From: Myxococcota bacterium
GTDB taxonomy: Bacteria > Myxococcota_A > Bradymonadia > UBA7976 > UBA1532
NCBI GenBank assembly: GCA_036337435.1
Contig: JAYZEG010000001.1
Span: forward strand, 1-64,000
Direction: 5' to 3'
DNA length: 64,000 bases
In this document: positions 56,892 through 64,000 of the stretch, one piece after another
How positions within the stretch are numbered: position 1 is the stretch's first letter
How the letters are laid out: each line of letters begins with the position of its first letter
Translations under genes and position numbers: made by a program
Notes under the pieces: generated by a model
Told to the model about the DNA's origin: nothing
The model's database searches: none
Seen by the model: only the letters and a program-made list of their open reading frames with translations

Positions 56892-57601
56892 ATTTTCTTC
56901 AAGACCAATGTGTTGTTCTTTGTCAGGTCTTTAATCAACAGACGGTCGCCGTCGATAGTCCAAAGCTGCGATGCGATCTTGTCGCCTTTTTTGGTCTCAA
57001 TGGTCAAGACATTGCCCTCGCGTTTTAGGGTCTTGAAGGCGGTTTTTTCTGCGCGGAGCTGGCCCATGAAAGTGCCATTTGTCGCGAGTTCATTACTGCC
57101 AAACTGGATCTCCATTTTGAGATTTTGAAACATCTGCATGGTCATCGCACGCTGACCTTCCGGCAGTTTCTGGAATTCGGGCAGGGCTTCAATCCCTTTG
57201 GGATCGATGGTCCAGCGGCCAGCAAGGCCTTCTGGAGGGGTACCAGCCGGAACAGCGGGCTCCACGGGCTTATCTGGGGTCGCGCCCCTTTTAGCCGCTG
57301 TTGGGTGTGGTTGAGCGCACACATTCATTGCAGCCCCGACCGCTTTTTTAATGTCCTCCGGGCTCGCTGTACCGGTGGCTTTCAGGCTCTTTACAGAATC
57401 AAGTGCTGCCAAACACTCTGGGCTCCGCTTCGAATCGGATACTTTTGGCTTCGCGGCAGTCACAGGGCTCGTGGCAACTTTCGGCTTGGCAACCTCAGGC
57501 ACTTTCGCGCTCTTGGGCACACTCGAAGCTGGGCTGGTCTTCTCACACCCTAAAAATGAAACTGAGATAAGTAGGGCGGTGAATGTCGAAGTACGAATCA
57601 T
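56885..57601 (-). CDS. Hypothetical lipoprotein with a C-terminal lipocalin-like domain (paralog 1)
   Basis: Lipobox FLGC; Pro/Lys-rich linker; LAGRWTID (GxW) followed by beta strands. ATG at 57601 after GGAGGGAG. Confidence 0.65.
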   Translation of the reverse strand: MIRTSTFTALLISVSFLGCEKTSPASSVPKSAKVPEVAKPKVATSPVTAAKPKVSDSKRSPECLAALDSVKSLKATGTASPEDIKKAVGAAMNVCAQPHPTAAKRGATPDKPVEPAVPAGTPPEGLAGRWTIDPKGIEALPEFQKLPEGQRAMTMQMFQNLKMEIQFGSNELATNGTFMGQLRAEKTAFKTLKREGNVLTIETKKGDKIASQLWTIDGDRLLIKDLTKNNTLVLKKIQ

Positions 57602-57723
57602 GAGGGCTCCCTCCAGAGTAGACCTATTGTAAATTGGTTGAGTCACCAACGGCCTTTAGGTAGCAGCGACTTGGACAATTGTTGACATTGCTGCTATGGC
57701 ACATCAGGACGACTGACGTCACG

Positions 57724-58338
57724 TTAATTGCTCGGTTTGCGTTTGAAAAACATCGGTTGTCCAGCCGTGCGAACAATGAGTTTCTTGTCTTTTTGAAGAA
57801 AGTGTTGGACGCGTTTCTCGCCGTCAATCAGCGTTTCCACGACCAGATTGTTACCCTCGCGACCCGTTATTTTGTAGCTGACCACTTCGTCTTGGGCGCG
57901 ACCTAAGAAACGGCCCTGCACCTTGATCGTCTCTTTGGTCAACGTCAGGCTGACATCTGACTTTGAGAGAACCAACTCGGCATTCTTCCGCTTATCTTCT
58001 GGGATCATTTTGAATTGTTGACTGCTCTTTACTGCATCAGCATCAAGAACCCATAGCCCCATCAGTTCCTCGGGTGGTGTGATCTCTTCATGCTCTTTAT
58101 GATCCTCATCTTCATCCTCAGCTTCATCCCCGTGTTTGTGCTCAGGGGCCGGCTTAGACGTGATTTTGATGCGAGTCGCTCCAGCACGCTTTTTGTTTTT
58201 CTCGACGATCGGGTCGGCTGTTTTGGCTTTCGAAACGGAGTCAGACTCCGAAGACGACTCAGGTGTCGTAGACGTCTTGCTGCAGCCCAAGACAAAGAGG
58301 CCCAGAAGACAAATTTGCAGTCGCTTTACATTCAACAT
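57724..58338 (-). CDS. Hypothetical lipoprotein with a C-terminal lipocalin-like domain (paralog 2)
   Basis: Lipobox VLGC; His/acidic linker; LMGLWVLD (GxW); aligns by eye with the neighbouring lipoprotein. Confidence 0.65.
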   Translation of the reverse strand: MLNVKRLQICLLGLFVLGCSKTSTTPESSSESDSVSKAKTADPIVEKNKKRAGATRIKITSKPAPEHKHGDEAEDEDEDHKEHEEITPPEELMGLWVLDADAVKSSQQFKMIPEDKRKNAELVLSKSDVSLTLTKETIKVQGRFLGRAQDEVVSYKITGREGNNLVVETLIDGEKRVQHFLQKDKKLIVRTAGQPMFFKRKPSN

Positions 58339-58469
58339 GTCAGCACCTTTGCTTTTTAGTTCTCAATGCGTATCGCTTGTCTGTTTTTTGATTTACAAGC
58401 ACTGCGGGTCGAAGATCAATCAACTAAGAAGAAAATAAGCGGTTACCCATCGAGTCTACGGAGCAAAAT

Positions 58470-59072
58470 TCATGACTCTGCTTGTCGACGACGGATCAAG
58501 ACCAGACAAACAAGTGCGGAGAGACCGCCCAGTAAAAAAACGGCCTGATGCTCCTGGATGAAGCGTAATGCCTGCGCGCCATAGGTCAGATAGAGAGAAT
58601 AGTAGACGCTTGTACTCAAACCGACTGCAATCACATCAGCGACAAGAAACCGAGCCATGGGCATTCGGCCGAGACCGGCGGCGAGCAAAAGCGCATTTCG
58701 GACACCGAATGGTATAAAGCGACCAATGATCAGGGCAAAGGAGCCATAACGCCGATAAAACCCATCAACTTTGTCCAAACGTTCAGGTGCCAACATGGAT
58801 GAAAACCACGATAACTGAGCCAACTTGGGTCCAAAATAACGGCCGAGTCCATAGCAGATAAAATCACCACACAATACGCCAAAAAACAGGCCGTAGAACA
58901 ATGGCCACACAAGGTCTGGATGTTCTAGTCCGAGGCCCGCCGCCGCAAAAATAACCAGATCTTCCGGTATAGGTAAATTGAATCCGGAGATGGCGAGCAA
59001 CGAAAAAATAAGCCAAGGAGCCAACGCTGCATTGCTGTTGATCATCACTAGAATTTGTTCGAGCCATTCCAC
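58470..59072 (-). CDS. DedA-family membrane protein
   Basis: GFNLPIPEDLVI..AG, GD.I.Y.LGR, FY.RYG....IGRFIPFGVRN...AAG..RM...RF...D. GTG at 59072 after GAGGAG. Confidence 0.85.
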   Translation of the reverse strand: MEWLEQILVMINSNAALAPWLIFSLLAISGFNLPIPEDLVIFAAAGLGLEHPDLVWPLFYGLFFGVLCGDFICYGLGRYFGPKLAQLSWFSSMLAPERLDKVDGFYRRYGSFALIIGRFIPFGVRNALLLAAGLGRMPMARFLVADVIAVGLSTSVYYSLYLTYGAQALRFIQEHQAVFLLGGLSALVCLVLIRRRQAES

Positions 59073-59148
59073 TCTGATGCTCTCCTCGGAACAGCAGCTT
59101 ACAGTGCATTGCAACCATCTGGATCTGTTGAGCCGCTTGCGTGAGACC

Positions 59149-60150
59149 CTAATCGGTCTCTTCGTCTATCGTTCGGCCCACAATCCAATCAACATCAACA
59201 TCGACTGTCAGGACGCCATTGGCTCGCAGTCGGTCTCCGAGATAGGCCTCCGCAGTTTGCCGCGGATACGCTAAACCCTGGTCACCATCGAGGCAAGAGG
59301 CCAAGGGGTCCAGATATACGTCCGGATGTGGATGCATGAAGAAGGGAATAGAATAGCGGGGTCCAGCAGCACTCTGGGGTGCCCTCACACGGTGGGTTGT
59401 CGCTGGAATGAGACCGTTGGTCAAGCGCTGCATCATGTCCCCAGTGTCGGCAATCAACTGGCCTGGTACGGGCATAATCGGCAGCCACTCACCATCTCTT
59501 GTACGGAGTTCCAGACCAGGGTCCGACGCTTCGACCAGTAAAGTGATTAGGTTGATGTCTTCATGAGCGGCCGCCCAAATCCCATCGGTGGCAGGTGTCG
59601 GCGCCGGATATCTGATCATGCGGAGTACCGTGTTGCCTCCGTCAACCATTTGGCTAAAAGTCTCTTCGGGCTCACCCAGGTACAGTGCAAGGGCACGCAA
59701 AAGCTTCACTCCGCATCCGTGAAGTGCATTCCATAGGTGCAAGCTATCAGGCTTAAACGACGGGACTTCAAGAGGCCATATGTTGTCTGGAATCCGTCGT
59801 CGAAGTGGGTCATCAGGCTCGAATTCGGGGCCAACGTGCCAAAACTCTTTGAGATCGGCTGCCGTTGCATCTTTGGCTTTTTCTTTTCCGAAAGGCGTGT
59901 AGCCTCGCTGCCGCCCCATCTTTCGAAGTTCGTATTTGCTTTTCTGATGAGCAGCTAATTCGAAGAGGGTCTTCATGGACCCATATGCGCGCTTTAAAAC
60001 CTGTGGTTCTATGCCGTGATTTTCAATGGCGACAAAGCCATATTCGACAAAAGCCTTACCCAGCTGATCGACAAATGTACGCCGCTGGGCGGCATCCGTC
60101 GAATTGAAATCGTCAAGGTTCACGACTGGAATCGTCTGTTTCAAAACCAC
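59149..60150 (-). CDS. 2-oxoglutarate/Fe(II) oxygenase, isopenicillin N synthase family
   Basis: IPVVNL, GFVAIENHGI, QRGYTPFG.E, DLKEFWH, LR.I.YP, AHEDINLITLL (HxD), THRV, RYSIPFF. Confidence 0.9.
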   Translation of the reverse strand: MVLKQTIPVVNLDDFNSTDAAQRRTFVDQLGKAFVEYGFVAIENHGIEPQVLKRAYGSMKTLFELAAHQKSKYELRKMGRQRGYTPFGKEKAKDATAADLKEFWHVGPEFEPDDPLRRRIPDNIWPLEVPSFKPDSLHLWNALHGCGVKLLRALALYLGEPEETFSQMVDGGNTVLRMIRYPAPTPATDGIWAAAHEDINLITLLVEASDPGLELRTRDGEWLPIMPVPGQLIADTGDMMQRLTNGLIPATTHRVRAPQSAAGPRYSIPFFMHPHPDVYLDPLASCLDGDQGLAYPRQTAEAYLGDRLRANGVLTVDVDVDWIVGRTIDEETD

Positions 60151-60372
60151 ATCCCAAGCTGAAACCGGCCCACGTCATCACAGCACATTCATGAGGCCGA
60201 GATGCTCTCTGGCCGTATAGTCACCCGAAAGAGTTGAATTGGCTAATTTTGTCCTTCGTTTCTAACGAATAGCTTAAGATATGGCCCCTGCGAACGGCTG
60301 GTCTTGATCAGATTGGCCAACTGAGGCAAGTTGCGAGGGGTGAAGGATAATACAGGCCGTAGGAAAGCTATC

Positions 60373-60675
60373 TTGGGTCCAAAGCGAACGACATTGAATG
60401 CAGTCGGATGGCTCGTCATCGTCTTAATGGGTTTGCTCAGTACAAGCTGCACGCGCACCGCCGATGAAGCGACTTGCGATAAGCTCTACACGCATATCAT
60501 CGCTCTTAAGACCGTTGGAGAGCCTGAGATCGTCAGAAAGGTAGAAGCCGATAAACTAGAATCTCAGCGGTTCGATTTTCTCGAATCATGTGTGGGGAAA
60601 TACAATCGGAAATTAACGGCGTGTTCATTGAGCTCAGATAGCCTCAGAAAATTGGAACAGTGTACTCATGAGTAG
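60373..60675 (+). CDS. Small Cys-rich helical lipoprotein
   Basis: Hydrophobic signal with lipobox STSC; C.KLY.H ... C ... C ... C pattern. Start uncertain (60331, 60373 or 60394). Confidence 0.6.
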   Translation: MGPKRTTLNAVGWLVIVLMGLLSTSCTRTADEATCDKLYTHIIALKTVGEPEIVRKVEADKLESQRFDFLESCVGKYNRKLTACSLSSDSLRKLEQCTHE

Positions 60676-60988
60676 TGAAAATTCCAAAGACGACAATCCA
60701 CTCATGACCTGGTTGGAGAATGGCCTAAAAAGTGGGAGTGGCGTCTCCAAACATCTGGTCAACAATTGGTTAGACTGGATCAAAGCAGGCCCTGCCCAAG
60801 ACATGGGGCGTAAGCTCATCGGTCAAGTGAAAGAGAGTCACCCAGAGACGGTTGATGAATGGGTTCGCATCGTACGGGCAGGCGTGTCGCGCGTGTCGAC
60901 GCAGTACTCAGCATCTGCGTCAACGGATGAGCCAAATCAAGATGAACAACCAGAGAGCAGACAAACCGAGCCTGGTCAGTCCGACTGA
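60668..60988 (+). CDS. Hypothetical protein
   Basis: ATG overlaps the upstream stop; helical N-terminal part and acidic disordered tail; co-oriented with adk. Confidence 0.55.
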   Translation: MSSENSKDDNPLMTWLENGLKSGSGVSKHLVNNWLDWIKAGPAQDMGRKLIGQVKESHPETVDEWVRIVRAGVSRVSTQYSASASTDEPNQDEQPESRQTEPGQSD

Positions 60989-61083
60989 CCCTCCAGTGGT
61001 TTGACCTGGGAGGCTTGACGTGGACCAAAATCCTCAGCAGAGTCGGGGCGACGCATGGGAACAAAGAAATACGGAGTAAAGCA

Positions 61084-61719
61084 ATGAGAATGATATTGGT
61101 TGGTCCCCCCGGTGCGGGCAAAGGGACTCAGGCTGCGCGACTCTTAAATCGATTCAAGATTCCTCATATTTCGACCGGAGATATGCTGCGAGCCGCTGTA
61201 AAGTCGGGCACCCCGCTCGGGTTAGAAGCTGCAGGGTTTATGAATCGAGGCGAACTGGTCCCGGACGACGTGGTCATTGGTATGGCCATCGAACGAATCA
61301 GTCAATCAGACGCATCATCGGGCTTTATGTTAGACGGATTTCCGAGAACCCGACCGCAAGCAGAGGCACTCGAAGCAGCCTTAAAAAAAGCGGACATTGA
61401 ACTCGATGCAGTGATTTTAATCGAGGTCGATGACAGTTTGATTATTGAGCGGATTACGGGTCGGCGAACCGATCCTGATACCGGGACAATTTACCACATG
61501 ACCTTCAACCCAGCCCCGACAGACATCGTCGAACGGCTTGTTCAACGCAAAGACGATACCGAAGAAGCATGCGCTGCACGCCTGGTCAAATATCATTCGG
61601 ATACGGCGCCGATTATCCCTTTTTACGAGTCGCGAGGGCTGTTGAAGAGAGTCGATGGTCTGGGCAGCCCCGACGAGGTCACAGAACGTATGATTCATGC
61701 CATCGAAGGGGCCGATTGA
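61084..61719 (+). CDS. adk: Adenylate kinase
   Basis: ILVGPPGAGKGTQ, HISTGDMLR, GELVPD, GFMLDGFPRT, RITGRR, QRKDDTEE. ATG at 61084 after GGAG. Confidence 0.95.
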   Translation: MRMILVGPPGAGKGTQAARLLNRFKIPHISTGDMLRAAVKSGTPLGLEAAGFMNRGELVPDDVVIGMAIERISQSDASSGFMLDGFPRTRPQAEALEAALKKADIELDAVILIEVDDSLIIERITGRRTDPDTGTIYHMTFNPAPTDIVERLVQRKDDTEEACAARLVKYHSDTAPIIPFYESRGLLKRVDGLGSPDEVTERMIHAIEGAD

Positions 61720-61761
61720 AGGCGTGTAGAAAACCCAGTCTGTGAGCTATGCGATCGCAGC

Positions 61762-62289
61762 TCAAGCTCGATAGACCCGCACGCTTTCCATTGAGATATC
61801 CTCCAATGGCTTGTCCCGACCGTCTCTTGGGCTGTTGGTGATGGCACTGATGAGCTCAACACCCTCAACGATCTCTCCGAATATAGCATGTTTATCGTCG
61901 AGCCATGGTGTAGGAACTTCGGTAATGAAGAACTGACTACCACCGGTATTTGGCCCTCGGTTAGCCATACTCAGCAGACCAGGCCGATCGTGTCGCAAGC
62001 CTGGATCGAATTCGTCAGCAATACAGTAACCGGGTCCGCCGACGCCGATACCTTGCGGACACCCAGCTTGGATCATAAAGTTTGGGATCACCCTGTGAAA
62101 GAGGATTCCATCGTAGAACGGACTCTCGGTGATAGCACCCGTAGCTAAGCCAACAAAATTAGCGACGGTGATCGGTGCCTCCGACTCGAATAGTCTGGCT
62201 TTCAATGTACCCATTCGGGTTGTGATCTCCACATAGAGATCGCCCTCGCCGTCAACATTAATGGGGGGTGGTGTAAATAAATCGGACAT
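61762..62289 (-). CDS. Cyclophilin-type peptidyl-prolyl cis-trans isomerase
   Basis: [56 protein letters not shown]. Confidence 0.95.
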   Translation of the reverse strand: MSDLFTPPPINVDGEGDLYVEITTRMGTLKARLFESEAPITVANFVGLATGAITESPFYDGILFHRVIPNFMIQAGCPQGIGVGGPGYCIADEFDPGLRHDRPGLLSMANRGPNTGGSQFFITEVPTPWLDDKHAIFGEIVEGVELISAITNSPRDGRDKPLEDISMESVRVYRA

Positions 62290-62427
62290 GTCACTCTCCT
62301 ATGCAGCCTCAGGATAGGTCTGAGCTGTTGAATCTGGGGCACGATAGGTCACCTGGACTAGAGACGCAATGGCGAGAAAACAACAAGGGCGTCTTGAAGA
62401 CATTCTTTTCAGGTTGAGGTGAGTTGC

Positions 62428-63348
62428 ATGAAAGACACCAACTTCAAAGTTGACGCGAAAACCCGCTTAGCTGCTGCGCTCCGGACGACTATGGGTCTGA
62501 GCAACAAAAAAGCTAAGCAAATCGTTTACACGGGAAAAGTTCGCGTCAACGGTAAGCCCGCCTTGGACCCCGCACAGATGGTCGATATAGGCCAGACCAT
62601 CGACGTAAACTGGACCCGGCCAAAACCAAAGCAAGGTCGGGTTGCGTCAGATCATCTGATTTACCGTGACGCGGAGTTGATCGTTCTCAACAAGCCGGCA
62701 GGCCTTTTATCGACGTCGACGAACCAAGCTGAACGCGACACTGCGCTGACGGTCGCGCGGACGCTATGCCGAGGCGGTAAGCCACCCCATGTCGTTCACC
62801 GACTGGACAAAGACACATCGGGTCTCATCATTTTTGCTCGCGGTACAAAAGCGGCTCGTCAGATGCGATTATTAATCGATGCGAACGAAGTTGAGCGAAC
62901 TTATTTCTGCGTAGTTGACGGTATACCAACGCCATCGGAAGGCACGATCAGCAGCACCTTAATACGCGACAATGGAAAGGGTCGTCGAGGTTCCCGGGAT
63001 GGCTCTTTTCAGGTACAACGCCCAACAAAGACTCTGTCGATAGTTACTCCAAAATATGGCAAGCACGCGATCACTCATTACCAAAGTGTAGCCCAAACGG
63101 ACGGCCGCACGGCCATGGAGGTGCGATTACAAACGGGCCGCACCCATCAAATTCGCATCCATATGGCCGAACTCGGCTGTCCACTGATCGGAGAGCGTGT
63201 CTACGCCAAACAATCCGATGCACATCGCCATGCTTTGCACGCTGGCCGGTTGAGTTTACCTCATCCATTTAAAACAGATAAATTAGCGTTCAAAGCCCCC
63301 TGGCCAGCGGACCTCGAAAAAGTGAGTCCGATTGGCGCCAATTGGTGA
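62428..63348 (+). CDS. RluA-family pseudouridine synthase with an N-terminal S4 domain
   Basis: S4-like GKVRVNG; VLNKPAGL, VHRLDKDTSG (catalytic Asp), TGRTHQIRIHM, LHAG.L...HP. ATG at 62428 after GAGGTG. Confidence 0.92.
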   Translation: MKDTNFKVDAKTRLAAALRTTMGLSNKKAKQIVYTGKVRVNGKPALDPAQMVDIGQTIDVNWTRPKPKQGRVASDHLIYRDAELIVLNKPAGLLSTSTNQAERDTALTVARTLCRGGKPPHVVHRLDKDTSGLIIFARGTKAARQMRLLIDANEVERTYFCVVDGIPTPSEGTISSTLIRDNGKGRRGSRDGSFQVQRPTKTLSIVTPKYGKHAITHYQSVAQTDGRTAMEVRLQTGRTHQIRIHMAELGCPLIGERVYAKQSDAHRHALHAGRLSLPHPFKTDKLAFKAPWPADLEKVSPIGANW

Positions 63349-63411
63349 TTTCGCGTATTAAGTTGTATGACATCGCCCGTTTTTAGATGCCCCATTGTCG
63401 GGAGGACCCAC

Positions 63412-64000
63412 ATGATCAGGCAAACCTTTTACGTTTTCATGTTCATCACCACTGTGACCCTGGGCTTGGGCTGTAATGACGAATCGACAAGTGATCGCTG
63501 CCTGGTCTCTTCGGATTGCCCGTTACCGCTGGTCTGCTACGGCGCAATCGAAGCTAGTGAAAGCGAGCCCGCACGCACGGGCCGATGTATCCAAGAGTGT
63601 CGCCTGGACAGCGATTGTACCGACGGATTGTGCGTTGATTCGGTGTGCAGAACGCCGGAAGGCAGTTGCCGAACCAATGCTGATTGTGTGGTATTTGGCC
63701 GAACCTGTGATCCCGGGAGCCGACGTTGCGTGGCTCCCTGCGGACCGAACGCCAGTTGTCCCCAGGGGACACGGTGCGTGAATGACCAGTGCCAATCCAC
63801 AGGCGCGATGGGTGACGTCCTGCCGCCTCAACCTATGCCCGATGCACGACCCGTCCGAGATCGGGGACAACCACGTGACGCAGCCAGCCGACCAATGGAT
63901 GCGCGCGCTCAACCTCGAGATGCGGCGGTTCCAAGGCCTGACCGAGCGATGCCCACACCACCAGACATGGGCATGGTCAACCGCGGTAATGGACAATACG
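63412..64000 (+). CDS. Cys-rich lipoprotein, partial (runs off the right edge of the window)
   Basis: Not in the ORF track. RBS GGAGGA, then MIRQTFYVFMFITTVTLGLGC (lipobox); repeats C..SSDCP..L.C, CRLDSDC..GLC...VC, CRTNADC...TC....RC, C...ASCP.GT.C...QC; then a Pro/Asp/Arg-rich linker; no stop before 64000. Confidence 0.8.
   Translation, partial: MIRQTFYVFMFITTVTLGLGCNDESTSDRCLVSSDCPLPLVCYGAIEASESEPARTGRCIQECRLDSDCTDGLCVDSVCRTPEGSCRTNADCVVFGRTCDPGSRRCVAPCGPNASCPQGTRCVNDQCQSTGAMGDVLPPQPMPDARPVRDRGQPRDAASRPMDARAQPRDAAVPRPDRAMPTPPDMGMVNRGNGQY

Noticed and set aside
1..64000. tRNA, rRNA, IS elements, prophage or integrase
   Set aside because: No cloverleaf or T-loop signatures noticed in intergenic gaps, no gap long enough for 16S/23S rRNA, and no transposase, recombinase or phage protein motifs in the ORFs.

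Overview
Gene-dense chromosomal window from a bacterium of moderate GC content. It is most likely a Myxococcota-type deltaproteobacterium (inference from two MYXO-CTERM sorting tails, Cys-rich and Gly-rich lipoproteins, a Ser/Thr kinase-STAND ATPase-TPR fusion and a TraB-like barrel/TSP3/OmpA protein). Recognisable housekeeping and metabolic genes: wecB, infA, M32 carboxypeptidase, cysM, dusA, fused 2-oxoacid dehydrogenase E1, alternative complex III (actA-B-C-D-E-F plus sco, with no oxidase genes attached), icmF, nth, pdxS/pdxT, fbaB, cnoX/ybbN, glpK, adk, a cyclophilin and an RluA-type pseudouridine synthase. I saw no rRNA, tRNA, CRISPR array, transposase, integrase or phage gene. Best candidates for undescribed biology: (i) a divergent pair of paralogous DUF2330 surface proteins, each with a MYXO-CTERM tail, sharing an intergenic region with a promoter and palindrome; (ii) a candidate structured sRNA at about 9264-9390; (iii) a TraB-like outer-membrane protein with a long disordered tether, a degenerate OmpA motif and an AMIN-like tail; (iv) an MMPL / LolA-like / outer-membrane barrel lipid-transport triad; (v) a translationally coupled icmF - small membrane protein - plant-FAAH-like amidase operon; (vi) a cytidylyltransferase plus CDP-alcohol phosphotransferase pair of unknown product. 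All family calls are by motif recognition from memory and no database searches were run. Several start codons were moved from the ORF track to a downstream codon with a better RBS.
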